Made by a program: the position numbers and the translations under genes | Source: Octopus vulgaris | Lineage: Eukaryota | NCBI GenBank assembly: GCA_951406725.2 | Contig: OX597830.1 | Span: 59,520,001 to 59,584,000 of the forward strand | Length of the DNA: 64,000 nucleotides | Reading direction: 5' to 3' | The notes under the pieces: generated by a model | Database searches by the model: none | What the model was told of the DNA's origin: nothing | What the model saw: the letters and a program-made list of their open reading frames with translations, nothing else | Shown: positions 38,913-51,944 of the stretch, one piece after another | Numbering within the stretch: the stretch's first letter is position 1 | Layout of the letters: every line of letters starts with the position of its first letter

Positions 38913-39546
38913 TATTTAGAGCACTTAATGTTCTGAGTTCAAATCCTGTTGAGGTCAACTCTGCCTTTCCTCCTCCAGGTGGCAGGAGTGAGGTCAATGA
39001 AATAAATTAACAGTTGATTAATTAACAAAGAACAAAAAATATACTGGAATCAAATTGGATTTTTATTTTTTATTTGTTTCAGTCGTTGGATTGCAGCCAA
39101 ACTGGTGTGCCATCTTGAAGGTTTTGGTCAAACAAATTGACCCGAGGTCTTATTTTTTAAGCTTAGTATTTATTTTTTGTTGAACTGCTAAGATCCAGGG
39201 ACTTAAAACGCTGGTAAGCAGTGGCGGAGGACAAAGAGAGACAGAGAAAGAGAGAGAGAGAGAGATAAAAGACATGCTTCTTTCAATTCCACTCATAAGG
39301 CTTTGGTCAGTTTGGGGCAATAGCAGAAAACACTTGCCCAAAGAACCATTCAGTGGGACTGAACCTAGGATCACGTGGTTGGGAAGCAAACTTCTCACCA
39401 TGCAGCCAAGCCAAGGCATCCACACAGCCATGCTTTTTGCACAAATTCTTGATGTTGTTGTGCCAAGGTAAGAAATTGTTATCAAACATCACATTAGTCC
39501 ATTTTAACATTTCCTCAACAGAACCAATGTAGCAGGATCTACTTAC

Positions 39547-39716
39547 CGATATTATTTGGTGTGATAATCCAATGTTGCTGTCTTTTAAGAAAGAATAATG
39601 ATTTTGTATACAATGCTGATGGTGGTTGGAGAGCAGCGTGAAGGGACTCAGTATTCTTGGTGAAGATGCAAAGTTGAGTGTTGTGTTCCTTTCTCAAGAA
39701 TTCAAGCAGAATTTTT
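39547..39716 (-). CDS. Dynein heavy chain-like exon ([10 protein letters not shown]...[15 protein letters not shown]...ITPNNI)
   Basis: Acceptor atttgtatAG, donor G|GTAAGT, 170 nt, phase 2/1. Matches N-terminal 'P....K.K.VYF.K....I...N'. Confidence 0.88.
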
Positions 39717-40203
39717 CTATACAAATTTATGAAACATAATTATGACAATTAAGATTAATATAATCAAGAAAGGAAGGGTGGAGAGACATCATCTTTTCTG
39801 ATTGAATTAACAAATATAAAATTTTAGTAAATCCTGATAGAAAGTCATTCAAACTGCTTGAAATTCCAACTAAATCTTATCTAAAAATGAAAGAGTATAT
39901 TGAATAATGTAATATGAGTTACATTAATCCTGAATAAAGATGGAATGATCATAGCTAGAACCCTTTAGTCATAGGTCAGCATTATAATGGTTGCACAAGA
40001 AGTAAATAACACACACTACATTCCTTTAATCACAGCAATAGGAAACAGAGCCATTCATAACATCACACCTACAGGATACACTACAATTATATTTATAGTA
40101 TTTGTCTATTGGAGTACAGACATTTTCATTCCAGGCCTTGGAAAATTATATCTGGATAGTTTGCCTCATCAGACTGAAGAGGAATGTTGAGATTGTAGCT
40201 AGG

Positions 40204-40241
<38 letters not shown>

Positions 40242-40832
40242 ATAGATATACACACATCTATATACATATATATGCATATATACACACATATATACATATA
40301 TATGCATACATATATACATATATGTATATACATACATATATATATATATGCGTACATATATACATATATATATATACATACATACATATATATATATGTA
40401 TACATATATACATATATATATATGCATACATATACACATATATATATGCATACACGTACACATATATATATGCATTCATACATATATACATATATGTGTG
40501 TGTGGGTGTGTGCATTGTGAATAACTTGTCTTGATATCATTTGATGATTGCAAAGAAGCATTTATCATCTTACAAGCAATATTGTGCTTCCAGAAATGTC
40601 TGACCACAGGGAAACAATAACTTGCTTGGAAACAACTGAAGGTTGGTGACAAGAAGGGCATCCATCTGTAGAAAACCTTCCCCAATGAATTCCATCCAAC
40701 CATTGCAGGCATGGAGCACATTACACAGTGATGATGATGATGATGATGAAGGTGGGATAAGGTGGTAATGATGATGATGATGGTAGTGGTTGTGATGATG
40801 ATGATGATATATTTAAAATAATTATGTTTCAC

Positions 40833-40927
40833 CTGTGTTTACTGTTTGACATGAAGGACTTTTGCTCTTCGAGTTTTGGTTGTAAAGATGTTTGAATGTG
40901 TTGTTCTAACCACTGCAGCAGTTCCAT
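40833..40927 (-). CDS. Dynein heavy chain-like, first confidently coding exon portion ([18 protein letters not shown]...SKHR)
   Basis: ACCATGG Kozak context at 40927, donor AG|GTGAAA, in phase with the next exon. The frame stays open upstream to acceptors at 40963 and 41027. Confidence 0.8.
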
Positions 40928-41258
40928 GGTTATTTCTTCAGATTCTGATGAGGAATCACCAACCTTCAAAGAGAGCAAATTCCTGAATGTACCAATTACT
41001 GATATAATAGTTATAATAGTTATTTCCCTGGTAAAACACAAATCTATACACATTTAATAGAAGCAAGTACTGAACAAGGTAGTCTCTACATAGTCACTCA
41101 CTTTGCTAGAAATAGCAGATAAATGGTTCCGGGTTCAGTCCCACTGCGTGGCACCTTGGGCAAGTGTCTTCTACTATAGCCTCGGGCCAACCAAAGCCTT
41201 GTGAGTGGATTTGGTAGATAGAAAGAAACTAAAAGAAACCTGTCGTGTGTATGTGTGT

Positions 41259-41292
<34 letters not shown>

Positions 41293-41495
41293 CTTTGTGG
41301 CTGTCCCCACATCACCACTTGACAACCAGTGTTGGTGTGTTTACATCCCCATAACTTAGCAGTTTGGCAAAATACCCCAATAAAATAAATACTAGGCTTA
41401 AAAAAAAATAAGTCCTTGGGTCGATTTGTTCAACTAAAACCCTTCAAGGCAGTGCTCCAGCATGGCCGCAGTCAGATGACTGAAACACGTAAAAG

Positions 41496-41538
<43 letters not shown>

Positions 41539-41600
41539 TATCTGAAATGACATTTACTAATGAGTTCATTTCACTTGTGGGGTGATTTTTGAAAAAGCAA

Positions 41601-41660
<60 letters not shown>

Positions 41661-43376
41661 TCAGAAAAGTAATGTGTACCTAGCTAATCCTTTGATACAG
41701 CTATTAACCACAAAACTAAACAGTAAAGAAATGTGGAACCCAGTTCACTAAAGTGATATAGTCAGGCTTTGTTGTCATGGTGACGTTATGGCATAAGTGC
41801 AAGGCATAGATGAACTCACTTAATGGTAGCAGCAGAGGAATTTAAAGATGGAATTTAGAGATTTTGTCTCGTAAACAGGAAGAAATAGTCTTTTCTTCTC
41901 GAAATAGATACCAAGTTGCCCAGCGAGTAATTTAGCGTTGTATGTCATCGTTGCTGTTGTTGATGCTGCTGCAGTTGTTGTTGTTATTACTGCTGCTACT
42001 TGTAGTTGTTGCTGTTGTGGTTGTTGCTCTTTTAATTACAAATCAGCATTGACCATAGATAACAATGATCAATGGCTTTCCAGTCATGACCAATCTGCCT
42101 GTATAGACTTATCTAATATGTTCTTCCTTTTCTTTAGAAGAAGGTGGCAAGCTGTTTTTAGGGGGCTTTGGCTGTTATGTCCAGGAGGTCCACTGACTAC
42201 ACTTGGACTTCTTCATTGGCTTGTGACATTGTAATGACTAATGGGAGCAGGAATTGTTATAACTTAGAAAATATAACTCAACTTGTATAAAGCATCCTTT
42301 TCATTCTTGCGTGGATACGGTCAAATGGTGCCACAGGTATGGCAGCAACACACATTTACAATTGACATATGATGTCAAATCATAGAGACACTAACACACG
42401 CACAATACATATGTATACAAATATAAACATATGCATATTTATGAAGAAATGTATACATATAAACATATACTGTAGAAACTCTGCCAGGTCAAGATTGGAG
42501 CCTGGTGCAGCCATCTGGTTGCCAGCCCTCAGTCAAAACCGTCCAACCCATGCTAGCATGGAAAACGGACGTTAAACGATGATGATGATGATATACATAT
42601 ATATCAATATATATATATATACAAATATATCCATATGTAAATATATCAAATATATACATATAGCTACATGGTTTTGGGTTCAGTCCCACTGCGTGGCACT
42701 TTGGGTAGGTGTCTTCCACTATAGCCCCGAGCCGACCGGAGCATTGTGATTGAATTCAGTAGGTGGAAGTTGCTGCCGTGTGTGTATGTGTGCGTATAGC
42801 TGCTCAGTGCCTCTCCGAAAGAGAGAGAGAGGAATATACATTTTCATCATCATTATCATCTTTTAACAACCAAATTCCATGCTAGTGTGGGTTGGATGGG
42901 TTGACAAAGACTGCATTGTGCTTCAGTATCTGCTTTGGCATAGCTTCTACGACTGGATGCTCTTCCTGACACCAACCACTCTACTGTGTTTACTGGGTGC
43001 TCTTTTCATGTGGTTGTTCTAAAAGCATGGTTGTCCTTGCATACAGAGTTGTCCCTTGCACCTCTCTCCAGCTGAGCATTCCTAATCTTGCAGGCTCATA
43101 GGTGCTGGTGCCACATAAAATACACCCGTAGTGGTGCCACATAAACGCATCTGTGTTGGTGCCTCGTAAAGTCACCCAGGAGACTCTGTAAAGTGGTTGG
43201 TGTTAGGAAGGGCATCCAGCCATAGCAACCATGCCAAAACAGACATGGAATCTGGTCAGCTCCTGTCAAGCTGTCCAACCCATGCCAGCATGGAAAACAG
43301 ATGTTGAATGATGTTCATGAGGATGGTGGCTGGCACAACTGAGATCACCAGGCAGCTCACAAATCTGCAAAAGCCA

Positions 43377-43457
43377 AGGAGGTGGTGGTGAGGAGGTGGT
43401 GGTGAGGAGGTGGTGGTGAGGAGGTGGTGGTGAGGAGGTGGTGGTGAGGAGGTGGGG
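43377..43457. repeat. 14-bp G-rich minisatellite (AGGAGGTGGTGGTG)n within a purine-rich tract
   Basis: About 5.5 copies directly visible. Confidence 0.9.
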
Positions 43458-44119
43458 TTCCTTGTATCATTCGATTGGGATTAATGTATCAGAGAAGTTG
43501 GGGGCAGAGCAGATCCATATTGTGGAGCAGCTACAGACTATTTGCAATTAGGAGGGAGGGTGGGGATGAACTGATGGTATCTGCAGTGATAGTGATGAGG
43601 TATCCAGGTGGTATCTCAAGGTATGAGGTGAGTAGTAATGGATAGGGGGTGGGGTGCTTGCAAGAGTGTATGTGGTGGGAAGGGAGAAAGGGAAATGGGA
43701 GAAAGGGAAATAGGGAGGCAATGTCTACAAAGATTGGGAAGGATTGAAGGGAGGAAGTGCATGATTTGGGAAGGTTAGAGGGATGCTAGCAGCAGGCTAC
43801 TAATGATGATACAGTTGAGAGGAGGAGGAGGAGAGCGATGACATGTTTGGGTAGGCTACAAGAGTGGAGTAGGGAGAAGTGGGGGGGCATGGTGCATGAG
43901 ATGATTTGGTGGTCCATGGAGGGATGGGATGGCCAATGTGGGTCTAGAGAACAATATTAATGGATAGCTAACAGGTGAAATGGTTCTGGATAACAAGAAA
44001 GAAAAGTGGTATCAAGAGCAAAGGGATGAGCTGCGGAGGGAGAAATATGGGGAGAGGGCAATATGAGGAGAGGATTGACCAAGTGAGATTCCCATTATAC
44101 ATTTATGTGATAGATACAC

Positions 44120-44870
44120 ACACTGCTTCCAGAAGTCTGTTCCATTGTGATGGGCAGGTCCTGTCATAAGCCTCATATCACCAGACATCACAGTCCGGTC
44201 ATTTCCTCTGTGAAGCTCTTCACCACTTTGTCCCATGTCCTCTTGGGTCTGCCTCATCTAAAATTTTCATCCACATTTAGTGATTGGCACTTCATCACAC
44301 AATTGTCCTCATCCATATGCATCACATAACCACACCAGCACTGTCTTCTTTCTTGCCCATTGCACCTAAATCCTCTTATACCCATCTTGTCATTCATGTA
44401 CACTAACACTGCACATGCAAGGGAACATACTTCATTTCTTTGCAGCCTTCTCATGTCCTCTGCATTCAAGGCCTATGTTGCACTACCATGCAGCATTGCA
44501 GTTTTAACACAAGACTCATACAATCTACTCTTCACTCAAAAGGAAAAGATTGTTGTTGCCCACAGCAAGAGTAACTCCATGAACTTTCTCCAACCCATTC
44601 TTACTAGAGTTACTATACTTTCTACCTCCTATGAACAGAACAGGAACACAGGAGCACAACTCCAGAGTCAACTTCTTGCTCTCATTCCCAACAGACCAGT
44701 AGTGCCCAACCTGCAACAGATCCTTCTAAACCCACATCAGACTGATTGGCCACATCCAGAAAACCTCATCACCAATCTTCCTCTCATATAATGTCAAGGG
44801 TCATTGTCAACAACAATGGACAAACATTTCTATACTTTCAGAGCAAGTACCTCCCTTGCTGATGACATCT
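44120..44870 (-). mobile_element. Degenerate RTE LINE ORF fragment
   Basis: AEDMRRLQRNE...QERR..W.GYVM.MDED.CV.KC matches the RTE C-terminal region. Confidence 0.65.
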
Positions 44871-44887
44871 CAGTAGCAAAAGCCATC

Positions 44888-44946
<59 letters not shown>

Positions 44947-45068
44947 GATAGATAGATATAGGGTGAAAGATAATTAATTTAATAAAATCAACAAATTTCA
45001 CCAAGTAGTTTTTTCGGTATGGAAAAGGACCATATTCGGTAAAAACTTATACAAAATGTTTTTTTATA

Positions 45069-45213
45069 TATAATTATACCAATAAGGGTTTTGCAACAGG
45101 CTGCTTGACCACATACTGAAATTTTTAAAATAGTAATCTTTTGGCTGCTATTTCTAAAATTTTTGGTATGTGGTCAAGCAACTTGTTGCAAAACCCTTAT
45201 TGTTATAATTATA
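45069..45213. repeat. ~145-bp near-perfect hairpin (inverted repeat)
   Basis: TATAATTATACCAATAAGGGTTTTGCAACAGGCTGCTTGACCACATAC... pairs with ...GTATGTGGTCAAGCAACTTGTTGCAAAACCCTTATTGTTATAATTATA, with a very short loop. Confidence 0.9.
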
Positions 45214-48181
45214 ACAATATATATATGCGTATATCTATCTATTGATCTATTTGATATATATATATATATTTATATATTAGATAGGTCAATAGATAGATAT
45301 ACCCATATACTTACAGAAGGGGCTTCTCTCAGTTTCCACCAACTAAATCTACTTGCAAAGCTTTGGTCAGATAAAAGGAACTTTCCCTCCACCAAAAAAT
45401 GCTTGTATGAAAGTGTAATTATCATACCTGAGCATTTGTGCATACATAAGTATACATATCTTGGTAAGTATGTAAAAGTATGTGTAAATGTTACCTGAAT
45501 TTCCTAGAATAGGGTCCAACATTATTTATAGACTCATATTGACAGCGCTAGTGTCCTCATCTTGATTGTTACAGTCACAAGGTTTCAATTCTTGTTCTCT
45601 TCAGCTTTTTTCGTTTCCACCTACCAAATCCACTCACAAGCCTTTGGTTGGCCTGGGGCTAAGGTAGAACACACTCACCAAAGGTACCAATCAATTGAAC
45701 TGAACCAAGAATTGTGTGATTGAGAAGCAAACTTCTTACCACATAGCCACACCCTGTGTAGTTTTTCTATTGGTCAATCTCTTACTTTTGATATCACACA
45801 AATCAATGCAAATACATACACACAACAAATCATACATTTTGCAACTTTTCCAGCTGCCTCTTGAAGCTTGTTATAAAATTAGTAATTTTTATTGCTGTTG
45901 TTTCATCTATGGGTGTATAAAATAGAAATATATTAATATTTTCTTTGTATACCAAAACCTAGCATAGTAATCAAGATTCTCTCATCAATTAATTGCCATT
46001 CATTAAATTTTTATCTTTCTTACTAATTTATATATATACATCATACATGTATCATTATTATTGTTGCTGTTATTAGACAGGGTGCTTATTAGCACCTTGA
46101 ATTTATAGTTCAAATCCTGTTGATATCAATTTTGTTTATCCTTTTAGGCCAGGTGAGTAGTGCTTTTTACGTGACACAAGCACAGGTGAGGTCAGTTTTG
46201 GTAAGGTTTTTACAGCTGGATGCCCTTCTGAACACCAACAACTTTACAGTGTGGACTGGGTGCTTTTAAGTGGCACCTGCACTAAAAGAAGGGAGGAGGA
46301 ATTGGAAGAGGAGATCTTGTGTTGGATGATGAAAAGGTTATAGTGAGACAGATACAGGTGTCTTACTGTAGAGGAAGTACAAGGTTACCTGGCCAGAGCA
46401 AGAAAGACAGGGAATGAAGACAGAGGAAAGTAGAGGAGGAGAGAGAGAGAGTGGGAGGCAGCAGGATAGAGATGGTGGCAAAATGCGAGGCATACTCATA
46501 AGGAACAGGGATCAGAATGTGAATGGGATGGTTGAGTAAAGGAAGAGAGAGATAGAGATGGTGGCAAGTGCCAGGGCCACAGTCTAATGACTGGGACGAA
46601 TGGGTGTCACAGAAAAATAGACAAACAAAAAGAATAAATGAATTAAAAATAAGCTATAGGCGTAGGAGTGGCTGTATGGTAAGTAGCTTGCTTACGAACC
46701 ACATAGTTCCGGGTTCAGTCCCTCTGCGTGGCACCATGGGCAAGCCCTGTGAGTGAATTTGGTAGACAGAAACTGAAAGAAGCCCATCATATATATGTGT
46801 ATGTGTGTGTGTGTGTGTGTTTGTCTCCCAACATCACTTGACGACTGATGCTGGTTTGGCTACGTTCTTGTAACTTAGCGGTTCGGCAAAAGAGACCAAT
46901 AGAATAAGTACTAGGCTTACAAAAAATAAGTCCTGGGGTTGATTTTCTCGACTAAAGGCGGTGCTCCAGCATGGCCACAGTCAAATGACTGAAACAAGTA
47001 AGAGAGTATAAGGCAGGGGGGAAATTGCAGCCATGGAGGGAAAAGGTAAAGAATCACAGTGAAACACACACACACACACATATATTTACAATCATATTTT
47101 TATGTTGACATAGATTAGATATACAAAACATTTTTGAGGCAGATTTTCTATTGCTGGATATTTTTCTTGTCCCCAAACCTTCACTTGTTTTTCAAGAAAG
47201 GTATTTTTCATTCCACTGGTTCATTCATGTCCAATGAAAAAAAAAATGTTCATTGCATGGAAGAATGTAAACAAGGTCACCACTTTTTGCTCAGATGATG
47301 TTAATGGGAACACACAGAATTGATATTCACATGCACAGTCTTACACACATACACACACATATCTCTCAGAAGCTCCATTGCACCCAACAATACACAACCA
47401 TGCACTTTTAAATATATTTCTTTACTACCCACAAGGGGCTAAACACAGAGGGGACAAACAAGGACAGACGAACGGATTAAGTCGATTATATTGACCCCAG
47501 TGCGTAAGTGGTACTTAATTTATCGACCCTGAAAGGATGAAAGGCAAAGTCGACCTCGGATGAATTTGAACCCAGAATGTAACGGCAGACGAAATACAGC
47601 TACGCATTTCGCACGGCGTGCTAACGATTCTGCCAGCTCGCCGTCTTAGGGCAATGCTCATTGGAGATGCAGCACTTTTCTCTCTAACAACACTTGCAAT
47701 TTAGCAGCTCAACCAGTAGAGAATGATACAATAGGTAGATTGTAATCTGAAATATGTAATAGAGTTGATATGATTAAAATCCTTAAAAGCAGTGCCCCAG
47801 CATGGCTACAATTCAGTGAGTGGAACCAGAAAAATAATGAAAGAATATACATGAGAGAGCTTGGAGTTAAGACAGATGGAAAGTGAGATAAAAACATTAA
47901 TATATACCTATACATACTTTACATAAATTTCAGAGAATTACATTCTTTGTATTTTAGAAATGTCACATGTTTTAGTTTGTAATTAAATATACAGAAGTAT
48001 ATCCAAGTTTCTTGAATTTTGTGGAACATATATGAAATAGTTGGTCATTTTCTTTCAACTGTCATGATAGCAGGTGTTTACATATTACTATGGGTAAGAA
48101 GTTTATGTGTCTGCCTGCATATGTGTGTATGTGTGTGTGTGTATGCAACTGTGATTGTATAAAAAAAAACTTTATACATAC

Positions 48182-48219
48182 CTGTTGTTTAACAAATTTA
48201 TACATATTGGTTTCTCCAT
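48182..48219 (-). CDS. Candidate proximal first coding exon of the dynein gene (MEKPICINLLNNR)
   Basis: ATG at 48219 and donor CAG|GTATGT. Phase 2 joins the 41027 acceptor in frame. X-box lies 34 bp upstream. Not protein-homology supported. Confidence 0.35.
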
Positions 48220-48252
48220 ATGCTTCACTTACTTTGTGTACTTAGTGTCTTT

Positions 48253-48266
48253 GTTGCCAGGGAAAC
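48253..48266. promoter_or_regulatory. RFX X-box
   Basis: GTTGCCAGGGAAAC fits the X-box consensus GTNRCC(n)RGYAAC/GTTGCCATGGCAAC. It lies in non-repeat DNA at the 5' end of an axonemal dynein-like gene. Confidence 0.6.
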
Positions 48267-48864
48267 ATCATTCGGCACTGAAATACCTCATAACACACAC
48301 ACACACACACACACACATGCATACACATATGTATATACACATCGACATGAACAAAAGCATATGCTGATAGATATGAAGAGAAATACGTTGCCACATGTAT
48401 CTACATGTTCAGGTGTTCTGTTGGGTCTGTGTCAGTCTTAATTCTTTGCTCAGTAACTCTGTAAACCTTTGTGAACCACCAGGTGAAATATTTTAACAAG
48501 AAATTAATTAACAGCTTAAGGATATTAATACATTTTTAATAAAGTTGGTGGTACTGAAATAAGTGGTAGAAATTTAAGCTAAATTCCTGACCGTTTAGCA
48601 TTCAAATTATTCGGTCAAATATAATGTTTGTTTGTTTATATTGTTTTGAATTAATCATGGATTATCTTGTAATTTAGAGACTTTAACGATGTGATAGTTT
48701 AGTTTTAGGATGACATTGTAGGGTTGAGGTGAGAAGCCAGATCTGGTCTGCTTCAACATGAAACTGTTAGAATATTTTGGCTGGATATGGCTGGTTTGAA
48801 TGATAAACAGTACTTAGTTTTATTCCTCAAAGCTTCCAGTTCAAATTCCACCAAAACTAACTTA

Positions 48865-49386
48865 CCGTAAATCCTTGAGTATAATCCGCATTTTTTCCCC
48901 AAAATTTAAAGGTCAAAATCCCTAGTGAGTACTATATACGAGGTTAAAAATGAAAAATATTTTCTAAGCAATGTCCGAGTCTCTATTTGCTGTCCGGCAA
49001 TGTTTATTCAGATGCATTTTGTGATGTCAGGCGGGAAAATACCTTAAGCTAAGCCTGAAAGCAATGAAGTCATAAAAGAATCACCCATAACTTGCAGTAT
49101 GCAACATTTATTAAAATAAAAGTATTCAGAACACAGAATAACATGTAACAAAAACAATTTGCAAACATATTTACATTCCCATATAACAGTTAAGAACATC
49201 ACCATTATTGTATTATGCATGCGCGGAAGTGTTTGTTCGATTAGGTGCTGCTGGCTTAATTACGCACGACTCAAGTTAGAGAAGGGGTGCGTATTATACA
49301 CAAGGTTTAGGTTTTTCAGGGGTACAGCCTCCTAAAAATCCCCTGCGTATTATACTCAAGGGCGGACTATACTCGAGGATTTACGG
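48865..49386. mobile_element. pogo/Tigger-like MITE inserted in a SINE A remnant
   Basis: TA TSDs. TIRs CCGTAAATCCTTGAGTATAATCCGC / GCGGACTATACTCGAGGATTTACGG. Confidence 0.85.
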
Positions 49387-50287
49387 TAGTCTTTTTATCA
49401 CTCTTATACAGCTGCAGCTGACTGAAGAAATAACTTGGTACCATATTAAATTTCAGCTTCAGCGTTTCTATATTTCACACACTTTTTTTGCAGTCAGTTC
49501 ATTCTGCAGAGATCTTCTGGAAAATGAACCGATTGACTCTTTCTGCAGAAGCTCACTTCTCTAAGCTGAGTTCAACATTGCTAACTAAAACACTACATAA
49601 ACAGGAGAGAAATATCAAAGAGTCCTTTTAATTTACTGATTTAGGGTGAGCAGGTGGATGGATAGGTAAGTGCAGGTGTGGCTGTGTCGTTAGAAGACTG
49701 CTTTCCAACCATATGATCTTGGGTTCAGTTCCACTGCACTTCACCTTGGGCGAATGTCTTCTACTATATGCCAAGGTCAATCAAAGCCTTGTGAGTGAAT
49801 TTGGTAGATGGAAACTGAAAGAAGCCCATTATATGTGTGTATGTGTGTGTGTGTTTGTCCCACCCCACCATCACTTGAAAACTGGTGTTAGTGTGTTTAA
49901 ATATCAGTAACCTAGCAATCTGGCAAGCAGAGACTGATAGAATAAGTCAATAGGCTTAAAAACAAGTACAGGGGTCTATTTATTCAACAAAACTCAAGGC
50001 AAAGCTCCAGCATGGCCACAATCCAATGAATGATACAACATAAAGTATAAAAGGTGTGTGTGTGTATGTGTGTGTGTGTGTGTGTGTGTGTTTGTGTCTC
50101 CTTGTCTTGACATTGTATTGTTGTGAATGAGTGTCATTCTGTGAAAACATTTGTGGCCAGCAGGGAAATATAACCTTGCTTGAAACAGGTCAGAGTTGGT
50201 GACAGGAAGGGTATCAAGTCATAAAATATTTGCCTCAATAAACTCCATTTGACCCACGCAAGCATGGAAAAGTGAACTCAAAACAAC

Positions 50288-50319
<32 letters not shown>

Positions 50320-51088
50320 GTATAGAGTTCCAAGAAGATCTTAGACTTTTACCAAAATATTTTTGAAATTTTTTTATTTCTCTTGTACTTTATTGATTCC
50401 GGTAAGTCATAGTTGGGTTGTTATTGCTAACATCAACTATTTCTCATGCCAGTTTCATTTGTAATTATTGTTAAAACCAAAAAAAAAAAAGCGCAACAAT
50501 TAATTAATGAGTTTTTTATTCTTTTATTGATTCCGTTTACTTGGCAGTAGACATTCTGAAATGTTGCACTTCAAAGCCAAACTTTGTTCATAAAGAATTT
50601 ATATATTTTTATTGTTATGGAGCATTTGAACATTTAAAAAGAGAACTTATGAAATTCTATTTTAATTTAAGTCAATGTTTCCTAATGATTTTTTAACATT
50701 TCAAAGAAAATTTTAATGAAAAATTACTCTACTGATTATCTTTGAACATTGCTAATTAATTTCATATTTCAAGTGAGATAAATTCACAAGAATAAATAAC
50801 TACACAGAGTGCATGCCATGATTTTACCAAAATTTTCCAGGCAAATTTTCAGAGTTTTGTTTTTTTTCACTATCTTTGCTATCATACAGAATGTTACTTA
50901 ATTAAATTTCATCTAATTATGAGAGATTACGATGACATAGCTTAGCAGTGAGCAAGTGATCAAACAGCATTTCTGATGAGATGTTTAGGTGGGGTTGCAA
51001 TCACACAACAAAGGTCATACAGTTGGTTTGACTAAAAACACAAACTACAAAAGAAGAAAAATTATAATAATATTTAACTACTACTCAC

Positions 51089-51272
51089 CATGGATTTAAA
51101 TTAATCATAAATGAAACCAACTTGAAGCAGCTTTTACTGATCATCACAAAATGCAGATTTTGATTCCAATTTTGCTTTCAAACATGACTGTCACTTAAGA
51201 TCTGTGGTGTGTTGGAATGAGACGACAGAGTGTAACTGTTCGGATGCTGAGGATTTAATCGGCTGATTGGTC
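51089..51272 (-). promoter_or_regulatory. Candidate distal promoter/first exon: CCAAT box and an exon ending ATG|GTGAGT
   Basis: GACCAATCAGC at 51272-51262. Strong donor at 51088 directly after an ATG, which joins the 40963 acceptor in frame ([19 protein letters not shown]). Confidence 0.45.
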
Positions 51273-51944
51273 ATACAACTTAGTTTTCAACAACAGTACT
51301 TTTTGGCACTGGAGGCAAAAACACACACACGTGTGCGTGTGCAGAAATATATACACATGCAGTTCAAGAAAGAGAAAGAGAGATTATGCATACATACAAC
51401 TTAACAAGACGGTGCTATCAGGACAAAATTCTATGATACGAGATGGTTTCATTTCTGAAATAATATCAACTGTTCTACATGCCAGAACATTAAACTTCGT
51501 TCAAAAGAATATAAGTGTTTATAAACTATGACGTCTTTGTAATGTTCCAAAGGATACAAGACAGGAAACTATTTCACTCACAACTTCTCTGAAATGTGTG
51601 TGTGCAAGTTTAGACATGAACGTAGAGAATGTCCAGCAAGAGGTGCCATAAATGATACAATCACAAAAAAGTAGGGATAAGTCAATATACACACTTGAAA
51701 CAGCCTGAGATTAAAATACCAGTGTGTATAATATGTGAATACAAACATGGAAGGGCACTGTTAAAAACGCACAGCTTTGCTCATAATTCCAAGCCAGACA
51801 CGATGTTTCAACCCGATTTGGTTTCCTCAGGAAATACCATATCTAATGATCTGAACGAAGTTTTGTGTTCTTGCCACAATCTTTTAGACGTGTTTCTCTG
51901 AGACAAAATATTGCAGTCGGTGTAGTTCCACGTTTGCACATATA

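Noticed and set aside
49440-49585. Possible minus-strand 5' UTR exon
   Set aside because: Stops in all frames and a weak donor (GTACCA). No support beyond AG/GT.
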